Positions 21,317-30,515 of a DNA stretch of 64,000 nucleotides are shown piece after piece. A model generated the notes under the pieces. The model did no database searches and had not been told where the DNA came from. It saw nothing but the letters and a program-made list of their open reading frames with translations. The position numbers were made by a program, and so were the translations under genes. This DNA comes from a virus (lineage: Duplodnaviria; Caudoviricetes): IMG/VR virus record IMGVR_UViG_3300033121_000493, positions 138,583 through 202,582 of that record, one strand, 5' to 3'. Each line of letters starts with the position of its first letter. Position 1 is the first letter of the stretch.

Positions 21317-21898
21317 CTATATAGCCGGAGTCCACGAGAATCGTAAGATGTTTACAAAATCTTTAAATGGCTGCATTATGAGTTGTGTATGTTTAGTGTT
21401 CCAGGTCAGCATAGTGCCTTCTACTGGATACTCGGCTGATGGCGTATGCTGCAACGCATTAGTGTAATTATGTAGACATAACTGTACAGTCGCCCAAGGC
21501 GCTGTAAAACATACGCATACTTTAGTATTGGCACCATGCCTATCTATCGTTTCTTCCCACACCGTACGCCAAAACTTAGTGCTTTTATATCCGTCAATCC
21601 TATGAGTTAAGAACCAGTTAAAGTTAGTTATTTCCGCTACAGCATTTTGGTCTTTAACAGCTCTAAATATTACCGGAGAAGAAATACGCTCAGAAAGCCA
21701 CTCTGGCGTAAAACCAGTAACTTTACTAGCGCCTTCTTCAGCCTCGCGCCGCAGAGCTGCTATCTGTAGCGCGCTAGCGCCAAGATACTTCAACAAAGCG
21801 TTGCACACCCGAACTTCAAACTTTTCTTGTTTGGCCGAGTTCAAATTTTCGAAAAACGCATCAACCTGTTCCGATACAGTCGTCAGTCCGCCACGCAC
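21317..21898 (-). CDS. Hypothetical protein
   Basis: 193-aa ORF coupled to the RecA-like gene. Confidence 0.55.
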   Translation of the reverse strand: MRGGLTTVSEQVDAFFENLNSAKQEKFEVRVCNALLKYLGASALQIAALRREAEEGASKVTGFTPEWLSERISSPVIFRAVKDQNAVAEITNFNWFLTHRIDGYKSTKFWRTVWEETIDRHGANTKVCVCFTAPWATVQLCLHNYTNALQHTPSAEYPVEGTMLTWNTKHTQLIMQPFKDFVNILRFSWTPAI

Positions 21899-23109
21899 AG
21901 TTTTTCCTTGTGAAAGATGTCAGGCGAGAATTTAGTACAGCGTGCAATGTGTAGATGATCTTGTAGGTCGCTCATCAGTTTACTATCCTGGCGTAACGCA
22001 ATGCCAAAATCTTCACCTGATACCTTATCAACGCCTAGTTGCCTACAGCTAAACGTAGGATTTTTTACAGTTGGGCCTTGTACTACATTACAAATATCTT
22101 TAAGCCCGGTGTCTAGCTCGTAGCCAGCTAAAAATTGCGCCGTAGCTAGATCCCATTCCCACTTCGGTACTTGCTTTTGTTTTCCAGTCGCTGGATCGAT
22201 TATCCAAGTCCAGCCAAATCGTACATCGCACTGTAATTTATCAACGCCAATAGCGTTTTTGTGGCATTTAATGCGAACTAGGTTATAGCCATAATCCGCG
22301 TCGCCACGTTCACGCTTGATAACTGAAAATCTTAGATCAATAGTACCCTGATAGTCTGGAGCTTTACCGCCTGGCGTATTACTCTGTGGTTGTCCCATAG
22401 AGAATCCAGTTGCAACGCCGCCATCTTTTTCATGTCGTACAACAAGTACAATCCACGGCAAATTTTTAAATGTCTCAACTTGCAACCATCGACTGATAGC
22501 ATTGGCTATCTGCATACCTTGGGCTAAGTTAGTTTCACCCTTAGTTTCATACTTCTCATTGATGTCGGCGGTGGCTCGCCCAGTTAGCGAATCAATAATA
22601 ATACAAGCTGGTATTAACGGTATACCAGTACCTAACTTATCGCCTTCTTGTAACTTAAACGTTTTACGATAAAGACTAACGTCGCCGCTTAGCGAAGTAG
22701 CCCACTCGTCAATATTACTGGGCCTGCGGTACTGCCATTGACGGTCTGTCACATCGCCAATGATGCCAGCAGACAGCTCAGGGTTATACTTATGCTCAGC
22801 ATCAAACAAGCGCGCGTATCCGCCATTTGCAATTACCCACTTAGCGAGCTCAAAGCAAAAGCTGGACTTGTGCGAAGCTGGTTTACCAGCGAGCATAGTC
22901 AAAATGCTCATAGGAAAAATATCGTTTTGCAAAACATACTGTAATGCTAGCGACGGTATCGGTATCCCAAACTTAAAAACCTGGTCTGCTGATCCGACAA
23001 GCACATCGTCACTTCCCATTACAGCACGAGCTTGTTTTAGCTCAGCTGCAAAAAAAGCATCTAATGCGTCAGATCCGTCTGTCAACGATTTTGCTGGTTT
23101 TTTAGCCAC
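21883..23109 (-). CDS. RecA/UvsX-like recombinase
   Basis: AGKPASHKSS (variant Walker A), FDAEH, IIIDSL, TPGGKAPDY, KNAIG; GTG start at 23109 with GAGG RBS. Confidence 0.85.
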   Translation of the reverse strand: MAKKPAKSLTDGSDALDAFFAAELKQARAVMGSDDVLVGSADQVFKFGIPIPSLALQYVLQNDIFPMSILTMLAGKPASHKSSFCFELAKWVIANGGYARLFDAEHKYNPELSAGIIGDVTDRQWQYRRPSNIDEWATSLSGDVSLYRKTFKLQEGDKLGTGIPLIPACIIIDSLTGRATADINEKYETKGETNLAQGMQIANAISRWLQVETFKNLPWIVLVVRHEKDGGVATGFSMGQPQSNTPGGKAPDYQGTIDLRFSVIKRERGDADYGYNLVRIKCHKNAIGVDKLQCDVRFGWTWIIDPATGKQKQVPKWEWDLATAQFLAGYELDTGLKDICNVVQGPTVKNPTFSCRQLGVDKVSGEDFGIALRQDSKLMSDLQDHLHIARCTKFSPDIFHKEKLCVAD

Positions 23110-23172
23110 AAAAGCCTCAAAAAGCCAGAGGTGCAAAAGCACCCCTGGCTGTAGTTATACTGTACGGTTTAT

Positions 23173-24546
23173 TTAACCTGGTTTATTCGGCATATTGGCC
23201 ATCATAGCCGTCAACGCCGACAAATCAATAGGAGCCGGGTTAACACCGGGGATATGCGACTGTGACTGCACTGGTGGCGTTGTAGCCGTTGGACCAGAAG
23301 CAGTTTGCGGTACCCGCAACGGCTCAGCGACTGTCTGGCTATCAAAAACCATACCGCCGGGCACTGCAGCCGGTTTTGGCTGCTCAGCGGCTGTCTGGCT
23401 ATCAAAAACCATACCGCCAGGCACTGCAGCCGGTTTTGGCTGCTCAGCTGGCGTAGTCGCAAAATTAAACTGTATTGGAGCATTATCTGCTGCAGCGTGT
23501 TTAAACGAACCGCCACGTTGCATTGTCATTAACTTTTGTTTCAGACGATCAGGAAGAATGTTAGGAGTATCGCGGAATGACCACGCAAGTAGATCGTCTG
23601 GTAACCCAACCGACAACGCGTTAATCATAGCCGTTTCGTCGGAGTGTACGCGCAGAGCTTTGTCCCACGGCAATTGCCAGGTTTTTCTGACAATGTCAAC
23701 TGGAATTTTCTGAACGTCACTGACCGTGATTGCCACGTTAAACGCATCGTCGTCGTCAAATTTACTGCTTGTTTTATTGGCACTGAAATTAAGGTTACCA
23801 GCGTTTGGCTGCTTAAACTCTCCAAAAGCTGTACCTGGCTTATGGAATTGTAGCATCCTACCAGTGTCCAATCCTATCACGCCATTATTCTTGAAAATCT
23901 TATCCCACTCTTGAGTATTAAGCGAAACAGCACTTTCGTACTCTTCCATCACAAGCTGCTGAAGCGCGGATACGGCACGCGATTTCATGCCGATAATACA
24001 CATCAACTGCGGCTTCTGACGACTAACGTACTTAGACGGACCTTGCGCGGTCATCTTACCTGTTATAGCACCGCGTATAAACGCCATAAGTTTAGCTTTA
24101 GTTTTGGACTTTGGTCCAAAGACCGCATCTCTAGCTTCTTTAACCCAGCCATACCACCGCGCATCTGGAGCATTGCCAGTCTCAGTAAGACTATACAGCG
24201 TGTTGCGGATTGTCTCCCACACACGCAGACCGCGCTTCTCACTATCGTCGAGCGTATCGTCGCCTTTGATATGAATCAAAGTTGACAACTTTGGCTTGCC
24301 GTCGGCACCGCCGATGTAATCAACAGCGCGATACTTATGGCATACCCAACTGCCAACATCAGACGGCTCTCGCCCTGTACGAATAGGCAACTCATTAAGC
24401 CCGTCAGCTGTTAGTTCTGGGTAAATACGCAATTCAGTACCGGATTGAGTCACATTGTGGTACGATAGGCCAGCTGCTTTAGCTGCTTCAGAAAGGAAAA
24501 GAACGCCAGCAAGTCCAGTATTACCAGTGTCTGTAGAAAAACTCAT
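23173..24546 (-). CDS. Replication-associated protein, ssDNA-binding protein candidate, with Pro/Ala-rich tail
   Basis: Position directly upstream of the recombinase; ELRIYP motif; low-complexity C-terminus. Confidence 0.4.
   Translation of the reverse strand: MSFSTDTGNTGLAGVLFLSEAAKAAGLSYHNVTQSGTELRIYPELTADGLNELPIRTGREPSDVGSWVCHKYRAVDYIGGADGKPKLSTLIHIKGDDTLDDSEKRGLRVWETIRNTLYSLTETGNAPDARWYGWVKEARDAVFGPKSKTKAKLMAFIRGAITGKMTAQGPSKYVSRQKPQLMCIIGMKSRAVSALQQLVMEEYESAVSLNTQEWDKIFKNNGVIGLDTGRMLQFHKPGTAFGEFKQPNAGNLNFSANKTSSKFDDDDAFNVAITVSDVQKIPVDIVRKTWQLPWDKALRVHSDETAMINALSVGLPDDLLAWSFRDTPNILPDRLKQKLMTMQRGGSFKHAAADNAPIQFNFATTPAEQPKPAAVPGGMVFDSQTAAEQPKPAAVPGGMVFDSQTVAEPLRVPQTASGPTATTPPVQSQSHIPGVNPAPIDLSALTAMMANMPNKPG
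23322..23448. repeat. 60-bp in-frame tandem repeat, about 2.1 copies (AEQPKPAAVPGGMVFDSQT)
   Basis: Lines 23341 and 23401 are near-identical. Confidence 0.95.
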
Positions 24547-24562
24547 AATGTCCTCATGTTTT

Positions 24563-24620
24563 GTGTGTTGTAAATAAGCCCTAAATTAATTTAGCGGGCG
24601 ATTAAACTATAGCAAACACA
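24563..24620 (-). promoter_or_regulatory. Structured leader upstream of 23173-24546
   Basis: 14-bp palindrome ctaaattaatttag flanked by GC pairs; outer GTGTGTT/AACACAC stem just 5' of the GAGG RBS. Confidence 0.5.
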
Positions 24621-24626
24621 CGATAG

Positions 24627-25256
24627 TTAGTCAAACTCAAGGCGATACAAAACCGTATCAAAATCGAGATTCTTATTGCTACAATAGGCTTTAAGCTCAT
24701 TGGCAAACGTAGTGTATGCTTCTTTAACGTCATGAAACCAAGATTGAATCTCGTCAAGCTTTAAAAATGGCTTAATCGCTAAACCTGAAATATCAATAGT
24801 GTCAGTATCAGCTTCGGCCTGTTCGCGCAAATCAAATGACTTATTCAAAGGACGAAGAACATCCACATCTCGGATATTGTAAGTAATGTTAGCGGCAGAA
24901 TCGAACCCAAACGTGGCATTGTTAGCATGTAGATTAGTCTCGCTCAAACTTAGCTTTAGATCGAAAACGACATTAGCCGGAATAGAAATGACTTCATCAA
25001 GACTAAATGTGTTAGTGTCACGAAGATTGGTATACGATCTCCAATTTGTAATTTCATCAACCGCATTAGCGTAATCGGTATCAGTCGGTTTTGACTGAGC
25101 TGTTAGCGGACAAGCGGCATTAGAGCACGAGTCACCACGTATAGCAGCAAGGACTTCGTTAACGATTGCTTTACGTGAGGCGGCATCGAGAGTAATGCCT
25201 AAAGGCTTATTGTCTTGTCTTGACATGTTCGTTGTAGCTCCGGATGGCAGTTTCAA
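24627..25256 (-). CDS. Hypothetical protein
   Basis: About 200-aa ORF; probable start MSRQD. Confidence 0.55.
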   Translation of the reverse strand: MKLPSGATTNMSRQDNKPLGITLDAASRKAIVNEVLAAIRGDSCSNAACPLTAQSKPTDTDYANAVDEITNWRSYTNLRDTNTFSLDEVISIPANVVFDLKLSLSETNLHANNATFGFDSAANITYNIRDVDVLRPLNKSFDLREQAEADTDTIDISGLAIKPFLKLDEIQSWFHDVKEAYTTFANELKAYCSNKNLDFDTVLYRLEFD

Positions 25257-25479
25257 GTTGATCGACGTACGTGAACAACAATTCCTGGTTGCGAGTTAAC
25301 TTATTACGAATAGGCTGCGGTAAAGCTGCCCACTCGTCGTACGTTATTGGGTCTAACTTAGGGCGATCCTGTACTTGAATTTTAGGATAATTAGCTACGC
25401 CAGGACATCCGGCGATATTAATCGCGATGAGTATTCCAGCGGCGGATACCAAGAGGATCTTTACTAGTCTCAGACTCAT
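25207..25479 (-). CDS. Outer-membrane lipoprotein, o-spanin (Rz1-like) candidate
   Basis: Signal peptide with lipobox IAGC, Pro-rich segment then helix; overlaps the 3' end of the i-spanin candidate in another frame. Confidence 0.65.
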   Translation of the reverse strand: MSLRLVKILLVSAAGILIAINIAGCPGVANYPKIQVQDRPKLDPITYDEWAALPQPIRNKLTRNQELLFTYVDQLETAIRSYNEHVKTRQ

Positions 25480-25657
25480 CCAGCTCGACTGGCTTAATTG
25501 ACTGTACAGCATCAGTAATATCCTTTTCAATTTTTAACGCAGCTTGCTCGCGCTGTAATTTTTCTTGGTCATCCTTGATTTTTTGCTCAGCCGACTGAAG
25601 GCGTATTAGCCCAAAAATTCTACCGATAAACTCAAGAACTAGTGTGAGCCAGCGCAC
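25418..25657 (-). CDS. i-spanin (Rz-like) candidate
   Basis: N-terminal hydrophobic helix plus coiled coil; overlapped by the lipoprotein gene. Confidence 0.55.
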   Translation of the reverse strand: MRWLTLVLEFIGRIFGLIRLQSAEQKIKDDQEKLQREQAALKIEKDITDAVQSIKPVELDESETSKDPLGIRRWNTHRD

Positions 25658-25663
25658 TGTACG

Positions 25664-26080
25664 TCACTTCTTATCGATATAGGTTGCCTGAATGCAGTCA
25701 GCCAACTCGCGGAAATTGAGACTGTACACGTCGTTTAACTCTCCAATACTCTTAAACAAACCTTTACCTTTTGTGTTAACTTTAATCTTGGTCTTATGCT
25801 CTTTGACGAGCCGCTTATTAATGACATTAACGGTCTCATACGGTACGTAAATGTATGGGTCTGAAGAATTAAACCCGTAGTGCTTGCGTGCTTCCTCGGG
25901 AAGCGTACTGGCTTGCGGAGAAAAATCAATCCCGGCAATGACGCACGCTACGCCAAGTGGGTCAAACCGATTCTTGTGCTTAAGCGTACCGGTTGTAGTC
26001 TGCTTATACTTATCAGACCGAAGCGCTTTAATCCACGAACGAATACGAGTAATCTTTTGTTGCTTAGAAATTCTTGCCAC
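25664..26080 (-). CDS. Phage hypothetical protein
   Basis: WIKALRSDKYKQ...LGVAC...LND...FRELADCI pattern recurrent in phages. Confidence 0.6.
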   Translation of the reverse strand: MARISKQQKITRIRSWIKALRSDKYKQTTTGTLKHKNRFDPLGVACVIAGIDFSPQASTLPEEARKHYGFNSSDPYIYVPYETVNVINKRLVKEHKTKIKVNTKGKGLFKSIGELNDVYSLNFRELADCIQATYIDKK

Positions 26081-26089
26081 AGTTACACA

Positions 26090-29000
26090 TCACTTTTTTG
26101 GTTTAGGCCACCAGCGCTCGTTTACGCCGAGCGCTTTTAATTGGTCAGCTGTAGGTTTTTCATCCCATCTAATACACAAACTCTTATCGGTTTCTAATCC
26201 AAAGCCATCAGGCATAAAAAGTTCTGGATTTACGTTGGCGTAAAGTCCATCACATATTTTTCTATCTGGTAAAGCAACTTTAGCGTTAGTAGTCATGCAA
26301 CAATCTATGACGCCATCTGGTAACAACATAGCGTCGACATGCTGCGGAGCAACCTCTAACATCATAGCGTCATGAATACCCAACAACAGCCGGTATGGTA
26401 AATCAATTCCAGCCGCTTTTAACTGACGCCTAGTCATATAGAAATTGTACGTTGCCTTATTAAGACATTCGGCTACAAAAGACTGAATAGGAAAGTTACT
26501 GGCTTCACGCTCATTGGCAACTTGTAGCATCCTATCATCAGTCTTAGGAAATCTACGCAATCGCCCAAGTGCGTTTGCAACATAGCCGAGATTAGTAGCC
26601 GCCCATTTGCACTTATCTAAAAAGTATGCAACTAGATAAAACTCAGACAAAAATCCATTAATCATTATCTGCGCGTCAGATTCGGCAAGGAGTACCCCTT
26701 CTTGCTTTACCTCGCGGGAAATAGCAGCTGCGCCACGTCCGTATGGAATTCCAAAATTTACAGTTTTAGCTGCCACGCGCTTGTCTTCGGCTGTCGCTTC
26801 TACGAAGCCTTTGGGAGGACCATGTAAGAATCCTGAATATGGCATTTTGAAACCTGCGATAGCGCGCTCAGCATGTAGATCTCTGCTCCACTTAGTGCGT
26901 GTGACTTTTATAGGTGTAGTAGTGGTGAATTGCTGCCACTTACTTCGATGATCGACGTATTCACCTATACTAACGCCAGCGGGAATAATATCATCATCTT
27001 TTACAGTAAACCCGCGACAGTAGTCTGGGTGTAGCCACCCTACAATTTTATTGTTTGTAACATCGACTAACGTCTGGTATATCGGCTTCTCGGTTAGGGT
27101 ATTCCAAAATTTAGTGTCACCTGACACGACGGCCAAAGTCAACAACTCAGCCTGCTTATAGTCAGCCTGAATCATTACCATACCTGGCGTAGCCGTAAAC
27201 ACAGAGCGAATGCCGGGTGGTTTATTGTCTGCCGGAAAAAGACTCTGTAATTCACTTTCTCTACGTTTAGGTATATTTTGTAAATTAGGTTTTGACGAAG
27301 ACCAACGACCAGTCTCAGTCATCTGATAGATTGACGTACGTATTCTATTATCTGGGTCTATATACGACAGTAACCCAGATTCTTCAATTTCACCAGTTGA
27401 TTCGTCTACAGACGGAGTAGACGTAAACATTTTTATTACCTGGTCTACAAACTTAATCTTACGTAGCTTGTTAGCAAAAGGTGTTTGCTCTGCAAGAATA
27501 CCAAGCGTTTCTTTATCTGTGCTGGGTGAGTGCGTAGCCTCCTCGTTTGCCGCTACTACTCTTGCCCAATCTTTTGCTGGTTTATCTGTAGTCTTAATCG
27601 GTATAAGTCCGCAGCATACAGCGCCCTGCGGTCTAAGCCTGATTGTATTTCCATACTGGTCGCGCTTGCCATTGAGCTCTTCACCATACAAAAACTCTTT
27701 AACGTGCTGCACACTTCTAAAGTTAAACTCAGGCCATGCAATTTCACGCTTAAAGTCGTCAAAGAGCTCGTCGCGCTTACTGGTATACATTTGGGCAAGC
27801 TTTAGCAATCTATCTCTATCGACATAGATGCCGTTAGCTTCCATTTCTTTAATACCAATACAGGCAAGCATATCGTTTTCAATACGCTCGCGTAGCGCGC
27901 TACCGAACGTTTGATTTGCGTCTAGTTCTTTATTTAGGCATTCGTCAATCCTAAACGTAGCGTCTACGTCAGTCATAGCGTATGGGTATAGCTCAAACTC
28001 TGGTATAAGGCCGTAGCCAGATACTGCTTCATCAGATAGTGACTTAAGCTTATCAAACCATGAATTAACACCGTTATCGTATCTAGGGATATCGGTGTAT
28101 TTTAGAGTGAGCGTAGATAGATCCTGCTTTTGCGACTCGTACAGCATATGATGCTTGATCATAGTGTCGAAGCCGTTAATGTATTGTTCGGTTAAATCAA
28201 ATCCTAAATTGGCTAGTGCGTGCCAGTCGGCTCTAAAGTTGTGTCCACCTACAGATACGTTAGGACGCTCTAGTAGTCGCTTGAGCTCGGCTATAACTTG
28301 CTCAAATTCAGAGCTGGCAAAGTGCGGAATAAGTACGTTCAGCACTTCTACTGCGTTAGTATCCAAACTTGCAGAATACGTTACGAATTTATGCTTGCCA
28401 ACAGGCACTCTGTAGCCAATGTTATCTATGACGTCGGTATGAAAGGCTACTAGGTCTGAATTACGTAACTTTTTAATTGAACTCTCTACTATAGCGTCTC
28501 TGGTTACGCGAGCGTGTTTGTGAACAGGGATAAGAACCGCGTGACCAGAACAATCCGAAATTTGAATAGTTAGTAGTTTAAAGTCGGCATATGCGTTTTT
28601 GCCGTGCCACTCACAGTCAATAACGAACTTTTGTTTGCCGCTTTGAATACTATTGGTTACATATTCACGCACCTGCTCAACAGTACGTAGCTCTGAATAA
28701 TCTAACTTAGCCTTCGCGCTAAGGGTATTGGTTACAAACTTGTAGCCGCGCAACAGATCTTGTGCTAGCGCGCTACGCAAATCTGGGTCACGCAATACAG
28801 CATTTGGGCTAAACGTACCTAAAACGTTAAATGAAATCTGCTCATCGCCTACGGTTATGGTGTGTGGCTGTAACATTCCTCGACACGAGTTAACAGACGC
28901 CGACTTGCCGCAAAAATACTTTATCGGCTCAGACCCCAGCGCTATAACAAGTTTAGGGCGGATAATGGCCAATTCAGCCCACAGTAGCCAGCTAGCTTCT

Positions 29001-29500
29001 TTGATGAATATCTGCTTTAGCGTACCAGGAACTGAATGCTTTACTAAACCTGTTACATAAGCGGTGTCAAGAAAATAAGGTATTCCAGCTTCTGCCAGAG
29101 CAGAACGCATTACGTGACCTACTTCTCCGGACAAGTAATACTCTAGCATCTGGCTAGTAATCTCTGGTGTTTTGCAGACTACAACTACGTCTGCGCAACC
29201 TGGGGTCGGTCCACGCTTAAACGTAAACGTCGGAACTGTAAATAGCACAGTAGATGGATCGATGTTAGGAAAATTGATATGACCTGGAATGAAGTAAGCC
29301 GGTAAATCATTACCAGGCCCAGCACCATTTTCAATAGGTATATTATGTGGCACAGACAACAGGTTGTGCAACGTATCCGCCGCCGATTGGCCTGTAGCTG
29401 CGTTGCATAACAGAATAAACTTAATAATGGAAGACTGTAATGGCGGACCATAAACTTGGCCGTCATCACCTATTAATTCTTGTATAAAATCAGGTGTCAT
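26090..29500 (-). CDS. polA: Family A DNA polymerase with N-terminal uracil-DNA-glycosylase-like domain and 3'-5' exonuclease
   Basis: Exo: IDCE, GHNFRAD, YAMTD. Pol: TGRWSSSKPNLQNIP, ADYKQAE, RVAAKTVNFGIPYG, IHDA. UDG-like: ELAIIRPKLVIALG, TFSPNAVLR. Confidence 0.95.
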   Translation of the reverse strand: MTPDFIQELIGDDGQVYGPPLQSSIIKFILLCNAATGQSAADTLHNLLSVPHNIPIENGAGPGNDLPAYFIPGHINFPNIDPSTVLFTVPTFTFKRGPTPGCADVVVVCKTPEITSQMLEYYLSGEVGHVMRSALAEAGIPYFLDTAYVTGLVKHSVPGTLKQIFIKEASWLLWAELAIIRPKLVIALGSEPIKYFCGKSASVNSCRGMLQPHTITVGDEQISFNVLGTFSPNAVLRDPDLRSALAQDLLRGYKFVTNTLSAKAKLDYSELRTVEQVREYVTNSIQSGKQKFVIDCEWHGKNAYADFKLLTIQISDCSGHAVLIPVHKHARVTRDAIVESSIKKLRNSDLVAFHTDVIDNIGYRVPVGKHKFVTYSASLDTNAVEVLNVLIPHFASSEFEQVIAELKRLLERPNVSVGGHNFRADWHALANLGFDLTEQYINGFDTMIKHHMLYESQKQDLSTLTLKYTDIPRYDNGVNSWFDKLKSLSDEAVSGYGLIPEFELYPYAMTDVDATFRIDECLNKELDANQTFGSALRERIENDMLACIGIKEMEANGIYVDRDRLLKLAQMYTSKRDELFDDFKREIAWPEFNFRSVQHVKEFLYGEELNGKRDQYGNTIRLRPQGAVCCGLIPIKTTDKPAKDWARVVAANEEATHSPSTDKETLGILAEQTPFANKLRKIKFVDQVIKMFTSTPSVDESTGEIEESGLLSYIDPDNRIRTSIYQMTETGRWSSSKPNLQNIPKRRESELQSLFPADNKPPGIRSVFTATPGMVMIQADYKQAELLTLAVVSGDTKFWNTLTEKPIYQTLVDVTNNKIVGWLHPDYCRGFTVKDDDIIPAGVSIGEYVDHRSKWQQFTTTTPIKVTRTKWSRDLHAERAIAGFKMPYSGFLHGPPKGFVEATAEDKRVAAKTVNFGIPYGRGAAAISREVKQEGVLLAESDAQIMINGFLSEFYLVAYFLDKCKWAATNLGYVANALGRLRRFPKTDDRMLQVANEREASNFPIQSFVAECLNKATYNFYMTRRQLKAAGIDLPYRLLLGIHDAMMLEVAPQHVDAMLLPDGVIDCCMTTNAKVALPDRKICDGLYANVNPELFMPDGFGLETDKSLCIRWDEKPTADQLKALGVNERWWPKPKK

Positions 29501-30513
29501 TTTATCACTTTTGCTATAGCGGCCTGTAGCTCTTCAGTAGTGTGGTCCCCAGGGTCTTTATCTGTCAAGCCAGCATCAGTGACCGACAAAAACGTGTCTG
29601 GCATAAACGGATCTTTATTTGTAAGAGCATTTACAATTTTTTTAGCGTCATTACTAGCGTCAGGGTCGAGCATCACGATAATATGCTTACCTGCGCACGT
29701 AAGCTTTAGTAGTCGCACCTGCTCAGTTGATATGGATTTACCGAACATGCACACGCCGCAGGCGCCAATTTTAGCTACGTCCATTACACCTTCAGATATT
29801 ACTATTACGTTACAGTCTACAGTATTGTGTAGATTGTAAAGCACACGGCTCTTTTGAAACCCGCGCATTGTCCAATACTTCGGTTTGTCTGTTGCGCTAA
29901 GGAGTGGTACTGCTCGTGTTTGACAGCCAACTAGATGTAGCCCATCGTCAAATTTATGATATACCGGAATTACAATTCGTTTGGATACCATGTATTCGGA
30001 CGAATTTATGCAATACAACCAACCAAACTGCCTGTCTATGAATTCTATGTCGAACCCGCGCGTCATTAAATATTCTATAGCTGGATGATCAGCATTAAGT
30101 TCAGTCAGTTTTACATAGTGACCTTCTGGTAACGTAACTTTGTTTATCGGTATAGTTGTATTTACTTCTTCAACATTACTCAATCGTACTTGCTTACCAA
30201 ACGGCGGTGCGACCCTATCGAGTACATCTGCGCCAAGCGGTTCATTACATCTATAGCAAATAGCTGTGTGTCTAATTTGAGTACTTGACACCGGGTCATA
30301 AGTACCTAGCAAGTACGATATCCATAGTTTAAATTCAGTATCATGGCAATATGGGCAATTAACTCTATAGTATTCGCCACCGTGTACATTTATTCGCGTG
30401 CCTTTACCGTATTTAACACGAGAGATAGTAGCACGAGTACCGTTACCTGTTACTTTAACCTGATTAAAATACGACTTTAGAGCCATATACAGAGTAGGGT
30501 TTAGTACTTCCAT
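29497..30513 (-). CDS. DnaG-type primase
   Basis: CPYC...CYRC zinc finger, YLMTRG, RIVIP, PKY, TOPRIM EGVMD and LDPD, KDPG. Confidence 0.9.
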   Translation of the reverse strand: MEVLNPTLYMALKSYFNQVKVTGNGTRATISRVKYGKGTRINVHGGEYYRVNCPYCHDTEFKLWISYLLGTYDPVSSTQIRHTAICYRCNEPLGADVLDRVAPPFGKQVRLSNVEEVNTTIPINKVTLPEGHYVKLTELNADHPAIEYLMTRGFDIEFIDRQFGWLYCINSSEYMVSKRIVIPVYHKFDDGLHLVGCQTRAVPLLSATDKPKYWTMRGFQKSRVLYNLHNTVDCNVIVISEGVMDVAKIGACGVCMFGKSISTEQVRLLKLTCAGKHIIVMLDPDASNDAKKIVNALTNKDPFMPDTFLSVTDAGLTDKDPGDHTTEELQAAIAKVIK

Positions 30514-30515
30514 AA

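Noticed and set aside
26880-27110. Intein or intron in the DNA polymerase insert
   Set aside because: The frame is continuous, there are no intein C/S...HN termini or LAGLIDADG motifs, and the insert is too short
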